Positions 1-8,061 of a stretch of DNA of 32,000 bases are shown here, piece after piece. Origin of the DNA: Erysipelotrichaceae bacterium (lineage in GTDB: Bacteria > Bacillota_I > Bacilli_A > Erysipelotrichales > Coprobacillaceae). Made by a program: the position numbers and the translations under genes. A model generated the notes under the pieces. The model made no database searches. It was not told the origin of the DNA and was given only the letters and a program-made list of their open reading frames with translations. Numbering within the stretch: the stretch's first letter is position 1; each line of letters starts with the position of its first letter. The stretch covers positions 60,001-92,000 of the forward strand of contig JAQVDW010000001.1 of assembly GCA_028698185.1 (NCBI GenBank), in the 5' to 3' direction.

Positions 1-340
1 CCTTGAAAAGCTGGGTGACGTCGACGTAACACTCATCTATCGAGCCAACTGCAAGAATTGGTGAATATGATGCCACGATGGAAAAAAACTGGTTCGACAA
101 TTCGTTGTAAAGCTTGAAGTCCGGTTCTCTTACAATTATATCCGGGCATATTTTTTTTGCCTGAAATAAAGGCATTGCGGAATGAATCCCCAACGCCCTG
201 GCCTGATATGATGCAGTTGTAATGATCGAACGCGGATTGTCCCGAGTTATCACCAAAGGCTTCCCCGCCAGTTCCGGTTCGATGCAAACCGCAGCCGAAG
301 CGAAATAAGCGTTGAGGTCGATATGGAATATTACTCGCAT
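1..340 (-). CDS. dinB: DNA polymerase IV (Y-family translesion polymerase), N-terminal 113 codons; gene continues past the window start
   Basis: Absent from the ORF track because it is open at the window edge. Hand translation of the minus strand from ATG 340-338 gives MRVIFHIDLNAYFASAAVCIEPELAGKPLVITRDNPRSIITTASYQARALGIHSAMPLFQAKKICPDIIVREPDFKLYNELSNQFFSIVASYSPILAVGSIDECYVDVTQLFK. It carries Y-family hallmarks: an HIDLNAYFAS catalytic-Asp motif, an SY-ARALG motif, and SIDECYVDVT. The start overlaps the recN stop by 10 nt. Confidence 0.8.
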   Translation of the reverse strand, partial: MRVIFHIDLNAYFASAAVCIEPELAGKPLVITRDNPRSIITTASYQARALGIHSAMPLFQAKKICPDIIVREPDFKLYNELSNQFFSIVASYSPILAVGSIDECYVDVTQLFK

Positions 341-1989
341 ACAATCTCCTTTTGGGCCTGAATCAGGTAATTACGGGCATGTTCGAGAGATTCAAGCGAC
401 AATTGTTCGGATGAGATAAGCTTTGCTAGCTCTTCGACCTGGCCTTCGAAATCCAATTTGGATATTGCGACCTCTGTCGAGGAGTTGGATACCTGTTTTT
501 TGATCAACAGATGATGATTTGTATACAGGGCAACCTGGAACAAATGGGTGATGACAATCACCTGGCATTTTTGAGCCAACTTGGCCATTTTCCTTCCTAT
601 TGCCGCACCGACTTTGCCGCTTACGCCGGTGTCCGCTTCATCGAAGATGATTGTCTGGATTGGACTTTGACTAAGCGTGATCACCTTGATTGCCAGCATC
701 ACCCGCGAGATTTCTCCGCCTGAAGCAACTTTTATTAACGGTTGTAAATCCACACCGACATTCGTGCTAATCAAGAATTCGACCTGATCGAAACCTTCTT
801 TGGTCAGCATCCCTTCTTTGAAGGCGACTTTGAATCTTACATTGTTGAGATACAGGTCATTAAGTTCCTGCTTGATCGCTTCTTCGAAAACCTTGCTGGC
901 TTCTTTCCGGTTTGTTGAAATAGTCCTGGCAATGTCAATTAGTTCTTTTTCAAGTTTGGCTATATTAGATTCCAATCCGGCAATTTTGAAATCACGGTTG
1001 GAAAAGGCATCTATTTTTTCAACCAGATCATCCCGGGCGGCAACGATACTTTCCTTGGATGGACCGTAAATTTTTTTCAAGTGGTTGAACTTGGATATAT
1101 GATCCTTGATGTTTGAGATGGCATACTCGTCGAAATCGTAGCTTTGGATCCTGGTGGCGATTCGCTGCGCATTGTCTTCGATGGTGTAAAGGCAATTGTA
1201 GATATTGTCATACTCCGAGTCGAACTTCTCAAGATTATTCAATTCTGCCAGGTAATTCAAGCTGTCGTTGATTGAGCTAAGACCATTTTGGATCTGGTAT
1301 GAGAACTGCTCATAGTTCTCGGAAATCTTTGAATAGTTTTCGGTTCTTTGCTTTTGGAGCAGCAGATCATCGATGTCCAGATTGTCGATATCGATCTCTT
1401 CAATTTTCTCAAGTCGAGCTTTGTAGAAATCAAGCTGTTCATCCGAATATTCCTGCGCCTGCAGCTCTTTTAACTGTTTTTGTAAGTCTGAGTATTGCGC
1501 ATACTTTGTTTGGTAATCGATTTTGATCCGATTGTCATCGCTGGTCAAATTGTCGATAATCTTCAGATGGTTCTTTTGATTGAACAAATATTGGGTGTCG
1601 AACTGATTGTGGATTTCAATCAGGTATGCGGCAAGTTTGCGAATAAGAGTTTGGGTAGTGTTACGATAGTTAAGTTTGTAAATCGTCTTGTTTGAACGAT
1701 CGATAGTCTTGGAGATGACTATCTGATCATCATAATCCAAATCATGTTCCGCAAAAAAATCCTTCACAGCATCGTTTTGCGTCGAAAAAATACCTTCGAT
1801 TACAGCCTTTGAAGAGCCTTCACGGATCAAATTAGTGTCCGTCCGACCGCCGCAAAGCTGTCCGATGGCATCGATGATTATTGATTTTCCCGCACCGGTT
1901 TCCCCTGTCAGGACGGTCATTCCGGAATCAAAGTTGATATTCAGTTTTTTGATTATTGCAAAATTCTCGATATACAAACTATCTAACAT
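331..1989 (-). CDS. recN: DNA repair protein RecN
   Basis: 552-aa ORF. It has N-terminal Walker A GETGAGKS, a long coiled-coil-like middle, and C-terminal ASGGEISRVMLAIK plus IIFDEADTG (SMC-like signature and Walker B). ATG at 1989 with GAGGG about 9 nt upstream. Confidence 0.95.
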   Translation of the reverse strand: MLDSLYIENFAIIKKLNINFDSGMTVLTGETGAGKSIIIDAIGQLCGGRTDTNLIREGSSKAVIEGIFSTQNDAVKDFFAEHDLDYDDQIVISKTIDRSNKTIYKLNYRNTTQTLIRKLAAYLIEIHNQFDTQYLFNQKNHLKIIDNLTSDDNRIKIDYQTKYAQYSDLQKQLKELQAQEYSDEQLDFYKARLEKIEEIDIDNLDIDDLLLQKQRTENYSKISENYEQFSYQIQNGLSSINDSLNYLAELNNLEKFDSEYDNIYNCLYTIEDNAQRIATRIQSYDFDEYAISNIKDHISKFNHLKKIYGPSKESIVAARDDLVEKIDAFSNRDFKIAGLESNIAKLEKELIDIARTISTNRKEASKVFEEAIKQELNDLYLNNVRFKVAFKEGMLTKEGFDQVEFLISTNVGVDLQPLIKVASGGEISRVMLAIKVITLSQSPIQTIIFDEADTGVSGKVGAAIGRKMAKLAQKCQVIVITHLFQVALYTNHHLLIKKQVSNSSTEVAISKLDFEGQVEELAKLISSEQLSLESLEHARNYLIQAQKEIVCE

Positions 1990-1994
1990 ATTTT

Positions 1995-2795
1995 TTACCC
2001 TCTAAAACATTCGTGTGCTTTTTGAACTAAATTCTCGATATCAATCTCGATATTGGGTTTTCCCTTGATGAAATAACTTAAAAATTCGATATTCCCCTGC
2101 CCTCCGGTAATTGGAGAATAGTCGAGGCCCTGCAAGCCAAGGTCATTATCGTTGGCATATCCGATGACCCGTTCGATCGCCTTCAAGTGGACTTTAGGGT
2201 CTTTGATGATGCCCTTTTTACCGATATCCTCACGGTCTGATTCGAACTGCGGCTTGATAAGGGCGACAACCTGGCTGCCATGTTCGAGAATTTCTTTTAA
2301 AGGCTCGAAAATCAGCCGCAACGAGATGAAGGATACATCGGTGCAGACAAAAGTAGGCAATCCGGAGGTGAAAAGGTCTTTTTTGACATATCTGAAATTA
2401 GTCTTTTCATGGACGATAACCCGGGGATCATCCCTCAATTTCCAGGCTAGCTGGTTGGTACCCACATCAATTGCGTAGACGATTATCGCTCCATTTTGCA
2501 AGCAACAATCGGTGAATCCTCCGGTTGAAGAACCGATATCGACAACCACTTTGTCGACTAGATCGATGTTGAAAACTTGTAACGCCTTTTCGAGTTTCAG
2601 GCCACCGCGCGATACATAGGGCATGATGTCGCCTTTGACCGCAAGTTTCGAATCGACCGGGATCTTTGTGCCCGGCTTGTCGATAATGTCGTATTGGTCG
2701 TGGACCAATCCGGCCATGATTGCTCTTTTGGCTTTTTCACGGGAGTCGAAGAACCCCTGCTCCACCAGCAGTACATCAATTCTTTCTTTTTTCAT
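1995..2795 (-). CDS. tlyA: TlyA-family rRNA 2'-O-methyltransferase (S4 domain plus FtsJ-like methyltransferase)
   Basis: S4-like N-terminus RIDVLLVEQGFFDSREKAKRAIMAG and SAM motif VVVDIGSSTGGFTD. I moved the start to ATG 2795 (MKKERID); the ORF-track start at 2867 adds 24 poorly conserved residues lying inside dxs. Confidence 0.88.
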   Translation of the reverse strand: MKKERIDVLLVEQGFFDSREKAKRAIMAGLVHDQYDIIDKPGTKIPVDSKLAVKGDIMPYVSRGGLKLEKALQVFNIDLVDKVVVDIGSSTGGFTDCCLQNGAIIVYAIDVGTNQLAWKLRDDPRVIVHEKTNFRYVKKDLFTSGLPTFVCTDVSFISLRLIFEPLKEILEHGSQVVALIKPQFESDREDIGKKGIIKDPKVHLKAIERVIGYANDNDLGLQGLDYSPITGGQGNIEFLSYFIKGKPNIEIDIENLVQKAHECFRG

Positions 2796-4656
2796 TTTCC
2801 ATAACCCTTTCAATCTCCTTTTCCAGAGAAAGCAAATCAACCCCCTCATGCTTAAAAATCTCTTCAATAGTTCCTTGAGGAGGATAGCTGTCCTGGATTC
2901 CTACAATTTTGAAAACGCATCTTGCGGCGTGCTCCATCATGTAGGCGGCAAGATTATATCCTAATGAGTTGCAGACCAAATCGGTTTCATACACTATCAC
3001 CGGCTTGGTTTCCTTTGCCAGTTCGGCCATAATGGTCGTGTCCATTGGTTTCAAGAATCTTGCATTTACAACTCTCACTCTATATTTATGCGACTTGAAG
3101 TGTGCTATTACTTTATTTACATTGTCGCCATAGCATACAATTGTCAAGTCGTACTGGTCGGCAGGATTTATTGTCTGCCATGTCCCAATTTCAATCGTCT
3201 TGCTCGTAGAACAAGGGATATTCTCGACACTGTTTCGTGGCAGCCTGATGAAATAAGGCCGGTCATTGTTCTTGAATGCGGCATTCATCAAAAGTTTTGC
3301 TTCATAGCTGTCTCGAGGTGCAAAAAGGACAATGTCAGGCAATGGTAGAAGAAAACCGATATCGAAAATTCCATGATGGGTTGGTCCGTCGCTTCCTACA
3401 ACCCCGGCCCGGTCAATTGCTATCAGACAAGGTATTTTCATCCGCGCCAGATCATGATTGAACTGATCATATGCTCTTTGCATAAATGATGAATAGATCG
3501 ATAGAAAAGGCTTTTTGCCTCCGATGGCCAGCCCACTCATCGATGTGGCGGCATGTTGTTCTGCAATACCTACATCAATTGCCCGATCCGGAAACTTTTC
3601 GAAAATATGGTCTAGGCAAGAACCTTTGATCATGGCCGGAGTAATCGCGACAATATCGCGATCTTCTTCCATCAGTTTCTCGAGATGGTTCGCTACGATG
3701 CATGACCAAGACGTCTTGGTTGATTGGCTGATATGGGTGAGACCCGTCTTGACGTCAAAAGGCCCAATTCCATGCCAACAACCGGTAGTATCATCCTGAG
3801 CCTGCTGGTATCCAAGTCCCTTTTTTGTGTTGAAATGGAGCACAATTGAATTGTTTGATTTTTTGGCTATATTCAGCGCTTTTATTACCTCGTTTAGGTT
3901 ATTCCCATCAACTGGTCCGTAATACTGTAAATTAAAATTCTGAAAAATAGAATCATCGATTAGAGAACGCCTAAAAAAATCTTTTATATTCTTTGCGGCT
4001 ATAAGAACCATAGAAGCCAGCCGACTCTTCTTAGCGAATGGCCGAACATCGTCTTTCAAATCGTTATAGCGATTTGAAATCCGGACTTTGGCTAGGAACT
4101 CATGGAACCCTCCAACCGGCTGGGATATCGACATGGCGTTGTCGTTAAAAATGACAATCACCTTGTTTTCGATAGAGCCCAAGTGGTTCAGTGCCTCCAA
4201 GGCTTCCCCCGAGACTATCGATGCATCACCGATAACCGCAATCACCTCATTTGACTGCTGGTTCAAGTCACGAGCTATGGCCATTCCGATTGCCGCAGAA
4301 ATCGAGGTCGATGAGTGACCCGCCTCATAGCAGTCATATATCGATTCATCCCTTTTTTGGAATCCTGAAAGGCCCTGGTATTGGCGCAAAGTATTGAAAT
4401 ATTGGGCGCGTCCAGTCAGGATCTTGTGGATATAGGTCTGATGTCCGACATCGAAGATGAACTTGTCAAAGGGCGCGTCGAAAACATAATGCATTCCGAC
4501 GGTGAGTTCTACTATCCCCAGATTGCTTGAAAGGTGGCCTCCGGTTTTGGCAACCGAATTGATGGTGAACTTTCTCAAGTCGCAACATAGATCTTCGAGT
4601 TGTTCAAGATTCAATTCCTTTAAAAAATGGGGATCCTTTATTTCTTTTACGTTCAT
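2776..4656 (-). CDS. dxs: 1-deoxy-D-xylulose-5-phosphate synthase
   Basis: 626 aa. It has GHQTYIHKILTGR, the thiamine-diphosphate motif IGDASIVSGEALEALN...FNDN, and a transketolase-like C-terminal half. It overlaps the tlyA start by 20 nt. Confidence 0.95.
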   Translation of the reverse strand: MNVKEIKDPHFLKELNLEQLEDLCCDLRKFTINSVAKTGGHLSSNLGIVELTVGMHYVFDAPFDKFIFDVGHQTYIHKILTGRAQYFNTLRQYQGLSGFQKRDESIYDCYEAGHSSTSISAAIGMAIARDLNQQSNEVIAVIGDASIVSGEALEALNHLGSIENKVIVIFNDNAMSISQPVGGFHEFLAKVRISNRYNDLKDDVRPFAKKSRLASMVLIAAKNIKDFFRRSLIDDSIFQNFNLQYYGPVDGNNLNEVIKALNIAKKSNNSIVLHFNTKKGLGYQQAQDDTTGCWHGIGPFDVKTGLTHISQSTKTSWSCIVANHLEKLMEEDRDIVAITPAMIKGSCLDHIFEKFPDRAIDVGIAEQHAATSMSGLAIGGKKPFLSIYSSFMQRAYDQFNHDLARMKIPCLIAIDRAGVVGSDGPTHHGIFDIGFLLPLPDIVLFAPRDSYEAKLLMNAAFKNNDRPYFIRLPRNSVENIPCSTSKTIEIGTWQTINPADQYDLTIVCYGDNVNKVIAHFKSHKYRVRVVNARFLKPMDTTIMAELAKETKPVIVYETDLVCNSLGYNLAAYMMEHAARCVFKIVGIQDSYPPQGTIEEIFKHEGVDLLSLEKEIERVMENEKRKN

Positions 4657-4658
4657 TT

Positions 4659-5507
4659 TTAATGATCACGTCCCTTAATTAAATTTACTATAGCTTCGAT
4701 GTCCTTCTCTGGACTGTCGAAGTTGGTGGTGAATTGGTCGATCCGGTCAAAAAGCTCATCGATTTTTTTCCGGGATTTTTCAATGCCCATTAGAGAAACA
4801 TATGTTGATTTGTTGTTATCGATGTCCGACCCGACAGGTTTACCCAACTTCTCAAATTGCCCAACTACATCGAGAATGTCATCCTGAATCTGGAAAGCCA
4901 GACCCAAATCGTACCCGGCCTGTTGGTAAGGGACGTAATCAACATTTGCTATTAGTGCTGCCATTTTGAAACTTACTGCAATCAAAGCTCCGGTTTTGAG
5001 TTTATGCATGTTGTTGAGTATGTCGATGTTGACAAGACTGTTTTCATTCAATATGTCAATTTCCTGGCCTAATATCATTCCGTTTATTCCGGATGCATGA
5101 TATAAACTGTCGATCAGTTCCAATTTGACAGTTGCGTTTAGATGGCTGTTGGCAATGATGATCCGGCAGGCCTCATTGAGCAGGCTGTCGCCGGCCAAAA
5201 TGGCAATTGACTCACCATATACTTTATGGCAAGTCAATCTGCCACGACGGTAATCGTCATTATCCATCCCCGGCAAATCATCGTGGATCAAAGAATATGT
5301 ATGGATCATTTCAATGGAACACGCGATATCAAGATATTTGCGGTAATCGACTCCCAAAGAATTCAATGTGGCAATGAAAATCAAAGGTCTGATCCTTTTG
5401 CCCTTTCCGTTGAGCGCATAAACCATTGCTTCCTTGACCGCACTGTCGGGAAGTTTGTTCATCAGGATGTTAAGGTTTTGATTTATTTCTGCAATGTAAT
5501 TTTCCAT
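4659..5507 (-). CDS. ispA: (2E,6E)-farnesyl diphosphate synthase / polyprenyl synthetase
   Basis: First Asp-rich motif LIHDDLPGMDNDDYRRG and second Asp-rich motif FQIQDDILD. The start is probably ATG 5507 (MENYIAEINQ), 1 nt after the xseB stop; the ORF-track start at 5540 would overlap xseB. Confidence 0.9.
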   Translation of the reverse strand: MENYIAEINQNLNILMNKLPDSAVKEAMVYALNGKGKRIRPLIFIATLNSLGVDYRKYLDIACSIEMIHTYSLIHDDLPGMDNDDYRRGRLTCHKVYGESIAILAGDSLLNEACRIIIANSHLNATVKLELIDSLYHASGINGMILGQEIDILNENSLVNIDILNNMHKLKTGALIAVSFKMAALIANVDYVPYQQAGYDLGLAFQIQDDILDVVGQFEKLGKPVGSDIDNNKSTYVSLMGIEKSRKKIDELFDRIDQFTTNFDSPEKDIEAIVNLIKGRDH

Positions 5508-5508
5508 T

Positions 5509-5730
5509 TTAACCCTCTGGCGTATAGTCTTCCAATCCATTGGCAGTCATGATCTTTGCTACACGATCTTCAATGTTTGAAAGCTTCGAATTACAAATTT
5601 TTGACAACTCTATCCCCTCTTGAAACAACTCGACACTCTTTTCCAACGATGTCTGTTCGCTTTCAAGTTGGGTTATGATTTCATTCAGACGGCTCATCGC
5701 CTGTTCGAAAGAAATATTTTTATTTTCCAT
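5509..5730 (-). CDS. xseB: Exodeoxyribonuclease VII small subunit
   Basis: 73-aa helical protein with FEQAMSRLNEIITQLES...LEKSVELFQEGIELSKIC. It sits immediately after xseA, with a TAATG 1-nt stop/start overlap. Confidence 0.9.
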   Translation of the reverse strand: MENKNISFEQAMSRLNEIITQLESEQTSLEKSVELFQEGIELSKICNSKLSNIEDRVAKIMTANGLEDYTPEG

Positions 5731-7049
5731 TATTCTACCCTCGCTTTAATGCTCCCGTCACTAAAAGTAACGACGATCTCGTCATCAGTTTTGAGCTGAC
5801 AGGCTGTTTTAATGATATTCTGATCTTTCTTTACAATTGAATAACCCCGATTCATGACCTTCAAAGGGCTCAGGTTGTCAAGGTTTTGTAAGTTATGATC
5901 CAAACGCATTTGAGATTTTTCCAGTTTGCTTTTGATTATTCGATTTATGATCAGCTGTTTTGTTGCGATTTCACTTTTCTGGACCGAGATGAATCCGGTT
6001 GACAGGGATAAAAAACTGTGGTGTGTCGTGGCAAAACTTGCCTTGTTTTCACTGATGATCGATTTGATTGAATGGTTCAGTTTGCTTGTCATAAAATCCA
6101 GCGACATCCGTGAAGAAGCATAGAGTTTGTCAGGATTTTTCAAGATGTAATTGTTTTCGAGCATCGCCAGTTGTTTTTGGGCGATGTCGACCTCCCTTTT
6201 TATCAGACTGAGCAATTTGGCTTTTTTTGAGCTAATGTCGACTATCAGACTGTTGACATCGACAGTGGCAGCTACGGCTGCAGCGGTCGGGGTCGCAGCA
6301 CGGTAGTCGGCGACAAAATCAGCGATGGTTGTATCCGTTTCATGACCGATACCGGTGATGATCGGAATCGGATAATCATAGATGAAACGGGCCAAATTTT
6401 CGTCATTGAAGCAATACAAATCCTCGAAGCTCCCACCGCCCCTGGCGATAATCACCAACGGGAATTTCAAAGGCAAAATCTTGTTCAAGGTGCTGATTAT
6501 CTCTTCTACGGCCTGTTGGCCGCTCACTTTGACAGGAAAGAAGAACATCTGGCAAAAAGGAAACCGGTTCTTTATAGTCCGGTAAATGTCAGCCTGAGCT
6601 GCCGTATTTCCGCCACACAGCACGGCTATTCGCGCAGGCATCGTAGGTAGTGGCAATTTATGTTCCTGGTTGAACAGCCCCTCCTGGGCCAATTTCACCT
6701 TGAGCTGTTCAAATTGTTGGAACAAGGCGCCTATTCCGTCGAGCTGGATGTTTTTGGCATAGAGATTGTAGGTGCTTGATCCTTCATATATGCCAATCCG
6801 GCCTTCTACGAAAACGCTCATTCCATCTTCAAGCTTGAACTTTACTTTCGCACTCAGGCTCCGGAAAATCACACACTTGATCACGGAATTTTCTTCTTTA
6901 AGGGTGAAGTATATATGCCCTTGGGAAGTGTAGGCGACGTTTGAAAGTTCGCCTTTGACCAGGACATTGCTCAATTGGACATCTTGGGCAATATAGGCAG
7001 CAAGATAACGATTGAGGCTGGAAACGGTCAGATATTTTCTGTTATCCAA
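5730..7049 (-). CDS. xseA: Exodeoxyribonuclease VII large subunit
   Basis: 439 aa. It has an N-terminal OB-fold-like region (LTVSSLNRYL...VKGELSNV), a central IIARGGGSFEDL motif, and a long helical C-terminus. Confidence 0.95.
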   Translation of the reverse strand: MDNRKYLTVSSLNRYLAAYIAQDVQLSNVLVKGELSNVAYTSQGHIYFTLKEENSVIKCVIFRSLSAKVKFKLEDGMSVFVEGRIGIYEGSSTYNLYAKNIQLDGIGALFQQFEQLKVKLAQEGLFNQEHKLPLPTMPARIAVLCGGNTAAQADIYRTIKNRFPFCQMFFFPVKVSGQQAVEEIISTLNKILPLKFPLVIIARGGGSFEDLYCFNDENLARFIYDYPIPIITGIGHETDTTIADFVADYRAATPTAAAVAATVDVNSLIVDISSKKAKLLSLIKREVDIAQKQLAMLENNYILKNPDKLYASSRMSLDFMTSKLNHSIKSIISENKASFATTHHSFLSLSTGFISVQKSEIATKQLIINRIIKSKLEKSQMRLDHNLQNLDNLSPLKVMNRGYSIVKKDQNIIKTACQLKTDDEIVVTFSDGSIKARVE

Positions 7050-7455
7050 TTTGATTCAGGACTCCATTGATAAATTTGTAGGAATCGTCATCACAGTATT
7101 TTTTGGCGATGTTGACAGCTTCATTGATCACAACTGTCTTTGGCGTAGTATTGGTCACGATTTCGCAAACACCAATAAGCATGATTGCCAATTCCATTTT
7201 CGAAAGTCTTTTGATTGTCCAGCCCGGTTTCAGGTTTTGCTTGATCAATACCTGATAGTCTCTGAAATTGCCAAGTGTGTTTTCCACCAAAAACAAAGCA
7301 TCATTGATTTCATGTTCACGGTTTTTCAAGCTTGGGTCGTTGACTAGGTTGTTGATAACATCGGTCCGGTCATTTGATTCCATTAGATACTGATAGATGG
7401 CAATTATCGCCTTTTCGCGGATTACCTTTTTTCTTACTTTTATTGCTTCGCTCAT
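7042..7455 (-). CDS. nusB: Transcription antitermination factor NusB
   Basis: REKAIIAIYQ...NLKPGWTIKRLSKMELAIMLIGVCEI...VVINEAVNIAKKY is a typical NusB fold sequence. I prefer ATG 7455 (MSEAIKV), preceded by GAAGGAG with 8-nt spacing, over the TTG at 7470 used by the ORF track. Confidence 0.9.
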   Translation of the reverse strand: MSEAIKVRKKVIREKAIIAIYQYLMESNDRTDVINNLVNDPSLKNREHEINDALFLVENTLGNFRDYQVLIKQNLKPGWTIKRLSKMELAIMLIGVCEIVTNTTPKTVVINEAVNIAKKYCDDDSYKFINGVLNQIG

Positions 7456-7474
7456 TTTTTTCTCCTTCAAAAGA

Positions 7475-7500
7475 AAATGTTTGATTTACATCAAACATTT
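7475..7500 (-). terminator. AT-rich perfect hairpin (11-bp stem, 4-nt loop) between the asp23-family gene and nusB; a weak terminator, attenuator or RNA processing element
   Basis: AAATGTTTGAT-ttac-ATCAAACATTT. On the minus-strand RNA it begins inside the asp23 stop codon, is followed by UCUUUUG, and then by the nusB SD GAAGGAG. Only 2 of the 11 pairs are G-C. Confidence 0.35.
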
Positions 7501-7843
7501 AAAATTTTATTGCTCTTACGTCAATATTGACCAGGATGTTTTTAATTCCTGTCATTTGCGAAGCATCGTTATAAATTTTGCTTTGCAAGGTGTGAACAAT
7601 ATTTGAAACATTCAAACCATAGTTGACTAGTACATCCAATTTGACATTGACCTGGTTGTTTTTAGAAATTTCCACGTCGATCGAATTCGATCCGCCCGGC
7701 ACTCTTATCGGGACGTTACCGGCCAATTCAACACCATCCAAATCCTTTACAGCCTTTTGGGCTATCGTTGCAAAAACGTTCTGAGAAATATTCACTATTC
7801 CATAATTGTTTTCTTTTTCCAGTTGATAATATTCCATGCTCAT
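7499..7843 (-). CDS. Asp23/Gls24-family envelope stress (alkaline shock) protein
   Basis: 114 aa: GIVNISQNVFATIAQKAVKDLDGV...VEISKNNQVNVKLDVLVNYGLNVSNIVHTLQSKI. It occupies the same position as yqhY upstream of nusB in Bacillus. SD AAAGGAG lies 8 nt before the ATG. Confidence 0.85.
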   Translation of the reverse strand: MSMEYYQLEKENNYGIVNISQNVFATIAQKAVKDLDGVELAGNVPIRVPGGSNSIDVEISKNNQVNVKLDVLVNYGLNVSNIVHTLQSKIYNDASQMTGIKNILVNIDVRAIKF

Positions 7844-7867
7844 ATAAATAGCTCCTTTATTATTATC

Positions 7868-7895
7868 ATTCTAACAAAAATCCCGGATTTTTCAA
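7868..7895 (-). promoter_or_regulatory. Candidate sigma-A promoter for the asp23-nusB...recN-dinB unit
   Basis: Minus strand reads TTGAAA-N16-TAGAAT with an extended -10 (TGTTAGAAT). The spacer contains the palindrome AAAAATCC-C-GGATTTTT. Confidence 0.45.
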
Positions 7896-7920
7896 GTAAT
7901 AAGGCTATTAGGCCTAAGAC

Positions 7921-7961
7921 TAAAAAGGACGCAAAGAGTCCGTTAAGTCATCATTGCGTCC
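7921..7961 (-). terminator. Probable intrinsic terminator downstream of efp
   Basis: Minus strand reads GGACGCAA-(19-nt loop)-TTGCGTCC followed by TTTTTA. The large loop lowers confidence. Confidence 0.45.
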
Positions 7962-8061
7962 TGAATTCAAAGATTAACTTTTTCTAGATCTCGTTGTAAT
8001 TCTAACAAATCAATTGCATTTGTGCAACTGCAAATATGCCTATTAGCAGCATCTGCGAAAA

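Noticed and set aside
33-344. 103-aa minus-strand ORF from the track (MYASNIPYRPQRLF...).
   Set aside because: It has a TTG start and a Gly/Arg/Cys-rich composition unlike a real protein. It lies out of frame over a clear DinB N-terminus that starts at ATG 340, so I treat it as a shadow ORF.
8002-8052. 16-codon hydrophobic mini-ORF (MLLIGIFAVAQMQLIC) between the efp stop and its terminator, considered as a type I toxin-like peptide.
   Set aside because: It has no usable ribosome-binding site (the nearest purine run is about 14 nt away). It is too short for known membrane toxins, and I see no antisense RNA signature.
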